Shown here piece by piece: positions 48,434-57,599 of a stretch of DNA of 64,000 nt (its first letter is position 1; the number at the start of each line of letters is the position of its first letter). This DNA comes from an uncultured Rothia sp. (lineage in GTDB: Bacteria; Actinomycetota; Actinomycetes; Actinomycetales; Micrococcaceae): NCBI RefSeq assembly GCF_963555405.1, contig NZ_CAUVVO010000010.1:23213-87212 (forward strand), given 5' to 3'. Under the pieces are notes generated by a model. The model did not search any database. It had not been told where the DNA came from and saw nothing but the letters and a program-made list of their open reading frames with translations. A program made the translations under genes and the position numbers.

Positions 48434-49882
48434 ATGACCGCGCGCACGAAAAACACCAAAACCGCCCCCGCCTACCGCTGCACCGAATGTGGCTGGACCA
48501 CCGCCAAATGGGTAGGCCGCTGCGGCGAATGCCAAACCTGGGGCACCGTCGAAGAAGCCGCTGGGGGCACCCGCGCGCGCACCCGCGCCGCATCCAGCGT
48601 GCAGAAACCCGCCCAGCCCATCGCAGAAGTCGACTCGCGCGTCGCCGCCTACATGAGCACCGGAAACCCCGAATTTGACCGCGTGCTCGGCGGCGGACTC
48701 GTACCCGGCGCGGTCATCCTCATGGCGGGCGAACCCGGCGTGGGTAAGTCCACCCTGCTGCTGGATGTTGCCGCCACCTTCGCCCGCGGCACCGCCGGAA
48801 TTGCGGGGCGACAGGGCGTGCAGAACAACCCGGCGCAGAATAGCGCACTCCAGCCGCCGCGCCCGGTGCTGTACATTACCGGCGAGGAATCTGCCGCGCA
48901 GGTCAAGCTCCGCGCCGACCGCATCGGCGCCATCGCGCAGACCCTCTACCTGACCAGCGAAACCGACCTCGGCACCGCCCTGGCGCACATCGAGCAGGTC
49001 AACCCTTCCCTGTTGGTCATTGACTCGGTGCAGACCCTCGCCTCCGCAGAAGTTGAGGGCAGCGCGGGTGGTGTGACCCAGGTGCGGGAGGTCGCCGCCT
49101 CCGTGATTGCCGCGGCGAAGGAACGCAATATGTGCACCCTGCTCGTGGGCCACGTGACCAAAGAAGGCACCATCGCGGGCCCGCGTCTGCTCGAGCACCT
49201 GGTGGATGTGGTCTGCCAGTTTGAGGGCGATAAGCACTCGAATATCCGCATGCTGCGCGCGATTAAGAACCGCTTCGGCCCCACCGACGAGGTGGGCTGC
49301 TTCGACATGCACGAGGACGGTATCGCACCCGTGCTGGACCCCTCCGGCATGTTTGTTTCGAGTACCCCGCACCCGGTGGCGGGCACCTGCGTGACCGTCA
49401 CGATGGAGGGCCGCCGACCCCTGCTCGCCGAGGTGCAGGCGCTACTGGATCAGGCGGTGGCACCGGCACCTCGCCGTACCGTTTCCGGTCTGGATTCGGC
49501 GCGTATTCAGATGCTGTTGGCGGTGCTGCAGCGCCGCGCCGGGCTGAACGTGGGCAAACTCGACTGCTACGTCTCCACGGTGGGTGGCGCGAAAATTGCC
49601 GAGCCTGCCGCCGATCTGGCGTGCGTCATGGCGCTTGCCTCGGCGGCGCAAAATAAGCCGCTACCGCGCAAGCTCGCGGTCTTCGGCGAGGTCGGTCTGG
49701 CGGGTGAGGTGCGCGCCGTGCCGGGCATCCGCCAGCGCATCGCGGAGGTGGGCCGCCTGGGCTTCACACACGTGCTGGTGCCCGCCTCCCCGACCGGCGT
49801 GGGGGACGTGCCCGAGGGCGTGACCGTGCGTGAGGTAACCACCCTGGGTGAGGCGCTGGCGCTGCTCTTCCCGCAGAAGTAG
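48434..49882 (+). CDS. radA: DNA repair protein RadA
   Basis: Zinc ribbon YRCTECGWTTAKWVGRCGECQTWGTV, Walker A GEPGVGKST, KNRFG motif, Lon-like C-terminal domain. Confidence 0.95.
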   Translation: MTARTKNTKTAPAYRCTECGWTTAKWVGRCGECQTWGTVEEAAGGTRARTRAASSVQKPAQPIAEVDSRVAAYMSTGNPEFDRVLGGGLVPGAVILMAGEPGVGKSTLLLDVAATFARGTAGIAGRQGVQNNPAQNSALQPPRPVLYITGEESAAQVKLRADRIGAIAQTLYLTSETDLGTALAHIEQVNPSLLVIDSVQTLASAEVEGSAGGVTQVREVAASVIAAAKERNMCTLLVGHVTKEGTIAGPRLLEHLVDVVCQFEGDKHSNIRMLRAIKNRFGPTDEVGCFDMHEDGIAPVLDPSGMFVSSTPHPVAGTCVTVTMEGRRPLLAEVQALLDQAVAPAPRRTVSGLDSARIQMLLAVLQRRAGLNVGKLDCYVSTVGGAKIAEPAADLACVMALASAAQNKPLPRKLAVFGEVGLAGEVRAVPGIRQRIAEVGRLGFTHVLVPASPTGVGDVPEGVTVREVTTLGEALALLFPQK

Positions 49883-49910
49883 CCGCCCGCGCATCAACAG
49901 CATAGAGATA

Positions 49911-49964
49911 GCAGCGGAGGGGACTCCCGGCTGGCATGAATGCCGCCGGGAGCCCCTCCGCTGC
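49911..49964. terminator. bidirectional terminator between radA and the FUSC-like gene
   Basis: gcagcggaggggactcccggc ... gccgggagcccctccgctgc, a stem of about 20 bp with one mismatch. Confidence 0.65.
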
Positions 49965-50022
49965 GTCTTGGTGGTTGCCGCTGACCCCGCTAGAGCCGAG
50001 CTATAACCCCGCTAGAAGTCCG

Positions 50023-51339
50023 CTAGGAGGAGCGGCTCTCCTCCTCATTCTCGTGCAACATAATGTTGATCGAGCGGGTGTTGAGCTTGTTCGTGTGGTG
50101 GGTGTTCACCGCGCTATCGGTCACGTCGTCAACCACCGTGGAGTCGTCCATGTCAGCGTCGACAATCGGGATTGCCGAGGTGCGCGGTGCATGCTTCGTG
50201 ACCGCCTCGCCGAGGGGCACGAGAACCGCCACGGCGTCCTTGTGGGACATGCCGGTCGCCTCCAAAAAGTCGACCACAATCAGACGGAGCATCAGCACCA
50301 GCGACTCGCCCTCAAAGGTCGCCACGCCCATGGTGCGCGGCTCGAGGGTGCCGGCAAGCTTGATCATGCGCTCGCGTGCCTCCATCATGTAGTGCTCGCG
50401 TTCGCCTTCCGTCGGGGCAGACATGCCCAGGCCGAGGCTCTGCGCCGCCAGCGACAGCTCGTTTAGCGCGTCACTGAGTGAAAGCTGCGCGGCAGTACGC
50501 AACTGCACGTGGTGAATCGTGGACGCCATGCGGCGGTTGAGCACGCGGTCGTTACGAATCGCCAAATCCACCGCGGCGAGGGTCTTCGCCATGCGCGCCA
50601 GCTCGCCCTTGCTCTTGCGGCTATTCCAGGACAGCTCGCTCATGCCCTGCGCGGTAATCAGGTCACCGCGGCATGCATCGTAGAGCGGCTGCAGGGCGCG
50701 CGCATCGAGCAGGCTCTGGTACGCCTTGTTGTAATCGTAGTAGCGGATTGCCTCGGAGGAGAGCTGGAAAACCTTCGCGAACGCATCCATGAGAGCCTGC
50801 GCGCGGGCACGCGGGTTCTTACGCGGGTCGCGCGGCATCAGGTACATGGCGAGGAACGCGAAGGCGCCACCGACAATGCCGTCGAAACTGCGGGTGAACG
50901 CATCGTCAGGTACGGGCAGCAGCAACGTGAAACAGGCCTGGAAGCTGAGCTGAATCGTAAAAATAATGCCCTTATCAATGAAGCGGGCAATAATCACGGT
51001 CAAGAAAAGCACCACTGCCGCCTGCCAGGTACCGTGACCGAGCAGGATCAGCAGAAGGTCGCCAATGAGAATGCCGAGGGTCACGCCGAAGGAGACCTCA
51101 AGGATTCGGCGGGAATGCTTAGCACCGCTTACATAGCCGAGGGATACGAGGGCAGCGACCGGCGCAAAAATGGGCTCGTGGTGGCCCAGGACTCGCTCAG
51201 CGAAAAGCCAAGCGCCCATAGACGCCGCAACAATCTGCACAGACTGAAAGAAGTCTGCTCGGACTCGGTGAATACCCTCACGGACGAACTGTCGGGTGTT
51301 CTGTTCAGTAGTGCGTAGAATGTCTGCGAATCGTGCCAT
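50023..51339 (-). CDS. FUSC / aromatic-acid-exporter-like membrane protein
   Basis: After the Met at 51339: ARFADILRTTEQNTRQFVREGIHRVRADFFQSVQIVAASMGAWLFAERVLGHHEPIFAPVAALVSLG. N-terminal TM bundle plus a long helical cytoplasmic domain. Confidence 0.55.
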   Translation of the reverse strand: MARFADILRTTEQNTRQFVREGIHRVRADFFQSVQIVAASMGAWLFAERVLGHHEPIFAPVAALVSLGYVSGAKHSRRILEVSFGVTLGILIGDLLLILLGHGTWQAAVVLFLTVIIARFIDKGIIFTIQLSFQACFTLLLPVPDDAFTRSFDGIVGGAFAFLAMYLMPRDPRKNPRARAQALMDAFAKVFQLSSEAIRYYDYNKAYQSLLDARALQPLYDACRGDLITAQGMSELSWNSRKSKGELARMAKTLAAVDLAIRNDRVLNRRMASTIHHVQLRTAAQLSLSDALNELSLAAQSLGLGMSAPTEGEREHYMMEARERMIKLAGTLEPRTMGVATFEGESLVLMLRLIVVDFLEATGMSHKDAVAVLVPLGEAVTKHAPRTSAIPIVDADMDDSTVVDDVTDSAVNTHHTNKLNTRSINIMLHENEEESRSS

Positions 51340-51490
51340 GGGCACCATCATACCGGCGCACATGCGGTGCACAAGGGGGTAGGGGAGTGTTGGGTTGAAG
51401 TGTGAGAGACCCCGCGCCCCGTACCCTGGGCGCCGCCGTGCTTTGGCGGTATTTCTGACCGAAACCCTGCCCGAAGTGTTAGCTGCGGAT

Positions 51491-53233
51491 TTAGCCGCGG
51501 AGGCGGCGCGCCACCCTCGCCAGCAGACCCGGCTGGGCGGGGTGTGCCTCGGCGGGTGCTTCAGAATCAGCCTCAACGGTGACGGGGTGCGTCTGTTCTG
51601 CACCGTGTGCCCCGTGAATACCGTGCGCGCTGTACCCGCCACCGATTGCGCGGGCGCGCTCGAGCTGCCGGCGGTGCTCGGCATCCCAGGAATGCGCCCG
51701 GTCAGACATCGCCCACTCAAACCCCGCGGTGAGGGAGGTTTCGGTGAAGAGCTCGCGGGCGGCGCGGACGGTCGCGCCCAGCGGCTCGGGGAGCGCCGGA
51801 ACCTGTTCCACGGTGGGGAAGGGGGCGGGTGCCTCTACTTCGTCCAGCTTTTCTGCGCCGGATGCAAGAATCTGCGCGAGCAGGTAGGCGCGCTCGGCTC
51901 GCAGAACCTCCAGCAGTTCGATGCGGCGTGCATCCGATGCCACCGCCGCGTGCCGCAGGGCGGCGGCAACTATCAGTTCGGGAACCCCACCGGCGAGCAT
52001 GCCCAACGGCAGGGTGAACTCGCCCAGCCCGTACTGGCGCAGGGCGCCGCCCACGCGCATCTGCGTGAATGCGTCCGGCACGAGGGCAAGTACGGGAATA
52101 CCCGCCGCGGCAGAGAACACCGCCGGGTGGTAGCGGCTGGTCAGTGTGAACGCCGCCGCACGGTGTACCGTGATGCTCTGGTCGGCGTGCAGAATCGGCA
52201 GCAGGGTCGCCGGGGTGGAGGCGCTGAGCTGCTCGGCGATGTGCTGGTGCGCCTGAATATCGCCGCTTTCGGGGTCTTGCGGGTCACCGTAGTGGCTCAG
52301 GAAGACGGGTACGTAGCCGTGCTCGCGCCACATGCCGTCGAGCAGGCGCGCGATTTGCTGCGCCTGCTGTTCGGTGCACTCGTTGACGGTCACACAGACG
52401 TACTGCTCGGGCAGCTCATCAAGCGCCTGACCTGCGGAAATACCCTCCGCATAGTGCAGGGTACGCGCCGGAGAAGCCACCGGGTAGTCGGTGGCATCGT
52501 CCACGCTCAGGCGCGCGTCAATACCCCGCTCACGGCACCAAGCGAGGGAAGAGCGTTCACGCACCGTCACCGAACGGGCGGTGCGCAGCATGCGCTCGAG
52601 AACCTGTGCATCCTCGGGGTTGAGGACCGGGCCCAGGGACTGGCCGGTCACGTACACGGGCACGCCCGCATGCTCGGCGGCACGTACCGTGGCGGCACGT
52701 TCGTAGAGCAGCCAGCCGTAGCGGGAGTTGAGGTTGCCGCCGCCGGAGACCACGACCGCGTCCATGGCGGCGATAGAGTCCGCGAACTCCACCATGCGCT
52801 CAACGGTCTGCTCCAGCGGATGCAGCACCTCGGGCAGTGCCTGCACCTGCGGTAGCGCCACCAGCTCGGCGGTTGAGGGGCGCTCCCGGTTGGCGTGCAG
52901 CTCCACCAGGATGCACTCGAGCGCCGCAAGGGTCAGCTCGCGTTCAGCCGGTGCCCAGGGGAAGAGGAAGAACGGCAGGTACTCGTAGGGGGCGCCCGCC
53001 TCATGAGCAGCCGCGCCGATATAGCGCGCTGAATGGCCCACATCGCGGGTCATGAGGGTGACCGCCGCGCCGCCTTCGGAAAGCGCCTGGGCGCTCGCAA
53101 TGGTCATGGCTTCGTCGCCCACGTGGTAGGTGTGCTGGCCGATATCGCCGATGACGAGTACGCGCGGTGCTTCATTAAAGTGCGGTGCTTCAGTAACGGG
53201 CGGCGCTGTAGAAGAATGATTATTCTCTGTCAC
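51491..53233 (-). CDS. polysaccharide pyruvyl transferase family protein (CsaB-like) with C-terminal extension
   Basis: VLVIGDIGQHTYHVGDEAM, DAVVVSGGGNLNS and VTGQSLGP resemble PS_pyruv_trans motifs. The GTG start lies 2 nt after the GT2 stop. Confidence 0.65.
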   Translation of the reverse strand: MTENNHSSTAPPVTEAPHFNEAPRVLVIGDIGQHTYHVGDEAMTIASAQALSEGGAAVTLMTRDVGHSARYIGAAAHEAGAPYEYLPFFLFPWAPAERELTLAALECILVELHANRERPSTAELVALPQVQALPEVLHPLEQTVERMVEFADSIAAMDAVVVSGGGNLNSRYGWLLYERAATVRAAEHAGVPVYVTGQSLGPVLNPEDAQVLERMLRTARSVTVRERSSLAWCRERGIDARLSVDDATDYPVASPARTLHYAEGISAGQALDELPEQYVCVTVNECTEQQAQQIARLLDGMWREHGYVPVFLSHYGDPQDPESGDIQAHQHIAEQLSASTPATLLPILHADQSITVHRAAAFTLTSRYHPAVFSAAAGIPVLALVPDAFTQMRVGGALRQYGLGEFTLPLGMLAGGVPELIVAAALRHAAVASDARRIELLEVLRAERAYLLAQILASGAEKLDEVEAPAPFPTVEQVPALPEPLGATVRAARELFTETSLTAGFEWAMSDRAHSWDAEHRRQLERARAIGGGYSAHGIHGAHGAEQTHPVTVEADSEAPAEAHPAQPGLLARVARRLRG

Positions 53234-53235
53234 GG

Positions 53236-54318
53236 CTATGCGTCCTTCTCGCCGGTAGAACCTGCCTCAGTACCGCGACGAGCCTGAGAACGCTGATTGA
53301 GCGAACGCTGCGCAAAGGAACGCAACGCACGGCCAGGCGCGCGCAGGTACTTCAGAACCCGCAGGCGCTCCTCAATGCTCTGCTGGCGGGACTCAACAGC
53401 CTGCTGACGAGCCTCAATACGCTCCAGGCGGCTCTCGATAGAGCGCAGAATGTCCAGGGATTCGCGGGTCAGATCGTGCCCGTCAATCACGCGGCGCTCC
53501 AGGTCAGCCGCCAGATGGGCCTGGTACAGGTACGCGCCCGGTCGGGCACCCGCCTGCAGGTCCTCGCGGATAGCGCGGGCACGGACCATCGAATCGAAGC
53601 GGGCGTGATCAGCCTGACGCTTCACGCTATTCGCCTCGGAACCCTCCGCGTCGGGGCGCAGCGACCAGTACGCCAGCGGCTCATCCACCAGCAGAATATC
53701 TGCAACAGAGGCGGCACGCATGTTGAACTCCCAGTCGCCGACCACCGGCAGGGACTCGTCATAGAAACCGACCAGCTCGTGCAGGCTGCGGCGGTAGAGA
53801 ATACCGATCGGCACGGCACGGTTCGTGCGGAACAGGAACTGCAAACCCACACTGGGCAGGCCATCGTGGAAAATACGCTCCTCGTACACCTCGAACTCGC
53901 CCTCGGCGTTCTCGCGTTCGTACCGCTCCACAATGCGCGTGGTGCACATGAGCGCGCCGCTCTCTTCGAGCGCTGCGACGGTGCGCTCCAGGAACTCGGG
54001 TGCCCACAGGTCGTCGTCATCGTGAATCGCCACGTACTCGGAGGTGGTCGCCGCCAAACCGGCGTTGGATGCCGCCTCCATGTTGTCGCCGGCGGTGGTC
54101 AGTAGCTGCACGCGGCCGGAACCCTGCGTATCAGAGCCCTGCATACCCAGCGGGGACGCCTCAATGACGGCGCGGGTTGCCTGCTCGTCGCCGCCATCGT
54201 TAATCACGCAGACCGTGTAGTCGGTGAAGGTCTGCTGCGCAATATTCTCCAGGGCGCGGCTCAAGAAGCGGGGGCGGTCCTTCGTGCGGACCAGAATAGC
54301 TACGGTAGGAGAAGACAT
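53236..54318 (-). CDS. family 2 glycosyltransferase with C-terminal coiled-coil tail
   Basis: VAILVRTKDRPRFLSRALENIAQQTFTDYTVCVINDGGD and IHDDDDLW (DxD). Confidence 0.8.
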   Translation of the reverse strand: MSSPTVAILVRTKDRPRFLSRALENIAQQTFTDYTVCVINDGGDEQATRAVIEASPLGMQGSDTQGSGRVQLLTTAGDNMEAASNAGLAATTSEYVAIHDDDDLWAPEFLERTVAALEESGALMCTTRIVERYERENAEGEFEVYEERIFHDGLPSVGLQFLFRTNRAVPIGILYRRSLHELVGFYDESLPVVGDWEFNMRAASVADILLVDEPLAYWSLRPDAEGSEANSVKRQADHARFDSMVRARAIREDLQAGARPGAYLYQAHLAADLERRVIDGHDLTRESLDILRSIESRLERIEARQQAVESRQQSIEERLRVLKYLRAPGRALRSFAQRSLNQRSQARRGTEAGSTGEKDA

Positions 54319-54460
54319 AACCACAATCAGTCGAGGGTGAGTGGGCGCGTGCCAGCCCAAGAACTCAACCCATTATGAAGGTGTGCACTGTTCAGACTCA
54401 ACCCGCCGCCCGCCTATCCCGCGGCAGTGGGCACGGTGGGGTATGCAGCGTCCCTAAAAT

Positions 54461-55495
54461 CTAGTGGATGGACTGTAGCGCCACCATTGCGAGCACTCCG
54501 AGCACAAAGCACGCCGGAATGGTTACCAGCCACACCAGAAGAATCTGCAGAACAATCCTGGACTTCAACGCATTAAAACGCTGGTTCACGCCCGCGCCGA
54601 GCGCCGAGGCGGTCGCCAGGTGCGAGGAGGAGAACGGCACCTGCAACAGGAAGTAGCCGAGCACCTGAACCACGGCGGTGGTGCCCTGGGCAACTGCGCC
54701 GCGGAAGGGATCCAGACGCACCATCTTGTAGGCGAAGGTGTAGCCGATGCGGCGGCCGCCGGTGAGCGTGCCGGCACCCAGGCTGAGGGCAATGATGAGG
54801 GTGCCCAGCAGCATGCCGCCTCGGGTGAGGGACTGGAGTAGCGCCGGGTCCATGATGCGTTCGCTCAGCAGCGCCCACAGCAGCAGGTACAGGTAGCCGG
54901 TCTGCAAGCCGTGCAGCAGCGAAATCGCGGAGGCGGACACCGCCAGCACCTCGCGGGCGTGCTGATTCACCAGGCGCGGGTTATGCCCCACCACGAGCCG
55001 GTAGAACGGTACCACCATCAGCCAGGACAGCAGAAAAATGAGCGGCGGCAGGTAGAAGAGCGGCAGCAGGGTCGCCCCAAAAATATGCGGCAGGAAGGCG
55101 AGCGAACCGAAGGCTTCAGCACCGTCCTCGAGTTTCGTCTGGGTCCACCAGCTCACGCCGGCGAGGGCGCCCACCAGCGCGTGGGTTGAGGAGGACGGCA
55201 ACCGCAGGAACCAGGTGAGCACACCCCAAATAGCGCAGACCAGCAGCGCCGCAACGATGCCGTTCAGGCCGGTGACGCCTTCCGGGGCGCTCACCCACGA
55301 GGCGGAATACTCCCCGAGTAGCAGGAATGCACCGACCACGCCGAGCACGTTGAAGAGCGCGGCAAGGTACAGGGCGGAGCGCTCGCCGAGGGCGCGGGTA
55401 CGCACCGGAACAGCGACGGCGTTTGAGGCGTCGTGTACACCGGTGACGTAGACCGCGGCAATGAAGGCGCAGCAGGCGAGAAGACCCAGGAGCAT
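54461..55495 (-). CDS. pit: inorganic phosphate transporter, PiT (PHO4) family
   Basis: Polytopic. The N-terminal GVHDASNAVA motif corresponds to the PiT signature. TAATG overlap with the upstream DUF47 gene. Confidence 0.75.
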   Translation of the reverse strand: MLLGLLACCAFIAAVYVTGVHDASNAVAVPVRTRALGERSALYLAALFNVLGVVGAFLLLGEYSASWVSAPEGVTGLNGIVAALLVCAIWGVLTWFLRLPSSSTHALVGALAGVSWWTQTKLEDGAEAFGSLAFLPHIFGATLLPLFYLPPLIFLLSWLMVVPFYRLVVGHNPRLVNQHAREVLAVSASAISLLHGLQTGYLYLLLWALLSERIMDPALLQSLTRGGMLLGTLIIALSLGAGTLTGGRRIGYTFAYKMVRLDPFRGAVAQGTTAVVQVLGYFLLQVPFSSSHLATASALGAGVNQRFNALKSRIVLQILLVWLVTIPACFVLGVLAMVALQSIH

Positions 55496-56112
55496 TAGGA
55501 TTCCTGAACGATGATGCGGCCGATTTCGGCGGACACATCACGCATAGCGTTGGAGGCGGCGGTCAGCTGAGCCAGGAAGGTGGCGTAGCGGCGGTACCGT
55601 TCGGGGGTGTAGCGTTCGGCAATGTACGCGTCGTATTCTTCGGCGGTGCGCAGCGCCTGGCGGGAGATGCGCAGCATGTCCATCCAGTAGTTGTCGAGGC
55701 CGCGAATATCGGCAAGTTTGGGGATGACGGCGGCGGTCAGCACCGCCTGACGCTGAATAATGTCCAGGATTGAGGTGATGTGCGTGGCGAAGCCGTCAAT
55801 GCTGTGCAGGGATAGTACGTGCGCGGCGCTGGTGAGTTTCTCAACGGCGTTGGTGAGCTTGCGTGCCAGCGTGTACAGGTCTTCACGCGGGATCGGCGGG
55901 GAGAAGGAGCTTCGCACTTCGGTGAGGGTGCGGAACAGCAGGTTGGTGGAGTCCGCCTCGTGGGTGAGCATGCGTTCGAAGAGTTCGGGGTACTCTGCGA
56001 CGGGGGAGCCGACCATTTCGGAGAGCAACGCGGCGGCCTCACCGACCTGCGCTGAGATTTCAGCGAGGGAGGCGAGGGATTCGTTAGCGTGGGGAAAAAG
56101 TCGGTGCAGCAT
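55495..56112 (-). CDS. DUF47 (PhoU-like) protein associated with PiT
   Basis: About 205-aa all-helical protein directly coupled to pit, the usual DUF47-PiT pairing. Confidence 0.65.
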   Translation of the reverse strand: MLHRLFPHANESLASLAEISAQVGEAAALLSEMVGSPVAEYPELFERMLTHEADSTNLLFRTLTEVRSSFSPPIPREDLYTLARKLTNAVEKLTSAAHVLSLHSIDGFATHITSILDIIQRQAVLTAAVIPKLADIRGLDNYWMDMLRISRQALRTAEEYDAYIAERYTPERYRRYATFLAQLTAASNAMRDVSAEIGRIIVQES

Positions 56113-56236
56113 AGTTCCCAGTCTAACCAGTATTAGGGGTTGCGGGTGCGCACAGCTCATGGGTATCTCACGGGCACCCGGTTTTCATGCGCAATCGCGC
56201 CGAGCTGCCAGCGGCTTCTTGACCGGGTTTAAACAT

Positions 56237-56374
56237 AAAAACGGTGGGGGTCGATTTCTCGACCCCCACCGGAACGTTTAGGGATGTCGGGTTGGGAGCG
56301 CCTCTCGGCGGAAGGCCGCTCGAAGCGGCTAAAGATTTGGAGCCCGGGGCTACCTATTAGCAACCCGACATCTT
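56237..56374 (-). ncRNA. candidate structured leader (riboswitch-like) or small RNA upstream of the DUF47-pit operon
   Basis: Minus strand has promoter TTGACT-18-GATAAT (56410..56381). The transcript begins at a 12-bp closing stem gatgtcgggttg/caacccgacatc, which encloses three hairpins: agcc-ccg-ggct, gccgc-uucga-gcggc, and cgcc-GAGA-ggcg. It ends at the terminator cggtgggggtcga-gaaa-tcgacccccaccg + uuuuu (56271..56237). Confidence 0.45.
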
Positions 56375-56380
56375 GTAATT

Positions 56381-56410
56381 ATTATCCACCCGCACCCGCC
56401 GCAGAGTCAA
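56381..56410 (-). promoter_or_regulatory. promoter of the candidate leader/sRNA
   Basis: Reverse complement reads TTGACT ctgcggcgggtgcgggtg GATAAT. Confidence 0.45.
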
Positions 56411-56508
56411 TCGAAAATACCCGTTTCACGCTCTTAGCGTGCAAAGTGGAACCTGTGCCAATTCGCGGCACGAACCCGCATTTTTGGGCGGCTAAACGGT
56501 GCAGAATA

Positions 56509-57282
56509 CTAGAATGCTTCGAGGTTGGGTTGCGATTTTTCCTGTGCAGAATCAGCTTCGGAACCCCCGTTAGCCTGCTGACCAGCCTCAACGGCGCGCA
56601 GCTGGGCGGCTACCGCCTCCAAATCGTGCGCAATCTGCTCCATCTGCTGAGCCTGACGCGGCAGACGTGCACGACGCTCCACCGCCTCACGCTTCACCTC
56701 GTGGCTACCCGGAACCGCACCATCCTGACCGGCAGAGCGCGCATAGTCGGTGCGAATACCCAACGCCACCACGTGCGCAAACGCCGCGCAACGCTCCATC
56801 GCAATATCCATATCGCCGGTGTACAGGCCCGCCAGAATCTCATCAATCGTACGGACCACCTCATCGGCACCCGGCGGGTCGGGAACACCCGCGACCACGT
56901 GCGAACGGTAATCCTCCGCCATGCCCAGCTCAAACGCGCGGCTCACCCCGCGAGGCGAACGGTGCACCACGTCCCGCAGCCAGTACATGCGCCACAGCGC
57001 ACCCGGCAGGGAGTGGGCGCTCGCGTGCGACCAGAGTTCGGCGAGCATCTCAATACCGTAGTCGTCGGTGAAGCTGACGAGCCGTTCGGTCATCTGTTCG
57101 TCGGTGCCGCGTCCGCGCATCAGCAGGATTCGTGCGGAGGCGTGCGCCGCCTCTTCGCGTGCGGCGGGGTCCATGCCGCCTTCGTGGCGTTCAAATTTCT
57201 CGGCGGAGTAGAGGACGGGGCGGTGGTGGGTGCGGTGTCGTGCGCGTCCGGAGGCGCCGGTTGATGATGCGGGTGTAGACAT
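56509..57282 (-). CDS. conserved hypothetical protein
   Basis: Good coding look (MSTPASS...). I recognise no family. Helical, with an acidic C-terminal tail. Confidence 0.5.
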   Translation of the reverse strand: MSTPASSTGASGRARHRTHHRPVLYSAEKFERHEGGMDPAAREEAAHASARILLMRGRGTDEQMTERLVSFTDDYGIEMLAELWSHASAHSLPGALWRMYWLRDVVHRSPRGVSRAFELGMAEDYRSHVVAGVPDPPGADEVVRTIDEILAGLYTGDMDIAMERCAAFAHVVALGIRTDYARSAGQDGAVPGSHEVKREAVERRARLPRQAQQMEQIAHDLEAVAAQLRAVEAGQQANGGSEADSAQEKSQPNLEAF

Positions 57283-57369
57283 AGGATTTCCCAGTGTACC
57301 GTTCATTGGCTGGGGGCCGGTAGTGTATAGTATTTCTATCTGCACACTTTCAGTTTTGTGTGGATAGGA

Positions 57370-57442
57370 GCGCCTTTAGCTCAGTCGGTAGAGCTACGGA
57401 CTTTTAATCCGCAGGTCGTGGGTTCGAGCCCCACAGGGCGCA
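57370..57442 (+). tRNA. tRNA-Lys (anticodon UUU)
   Basis: Hand-folded 73-nt cloverleaf: acceptor GCGCCTT/AGGGCGC, D-arm GCTC-AGTCGGTA-GAGC, anticodon loop CTTTTAA, T-arm GTGGG-TTCGAGC-CCCAC. Confidence 0.9.
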
Positions 57443-57446
57443 CTAG

Positions 57447-57488
57447 CCGACCCGTCGCCTCCCGCTTTGCGGGGGTCGGCGGGTTTTT
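57447..57488 (+). terminator. terminator after tRNA-Lys
   Basis: ccgaccc ... gggtcgg with inner cccgc/gcggg pairing, followed by ttttt. Confidence 0.6.
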
Positions 57489-57599
57489 GCGTCTTCACCC
57501 TCGTGTGCGGGGTTTTACCCCGTGTTGATTCCGTGTGGTGGGGCGTGTCCTGCCGGGTTGGCCTGGCAGTTTTTGATTTGTGTACGTTGACCCGAAAAG

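Noticed and set aside
56280-56375. Considered whether the structured RNA is SRP (4.5S) RNA, a tRNA-like element or tRNA-Sec.
   Set aside because: There is no GGAA-tetraloop/AGCAG helix-8 motif, no GTTCGA T-loop, and the helix lengths do not fit a tRNA. I left it as an unclassified candidate leader/sRNA.
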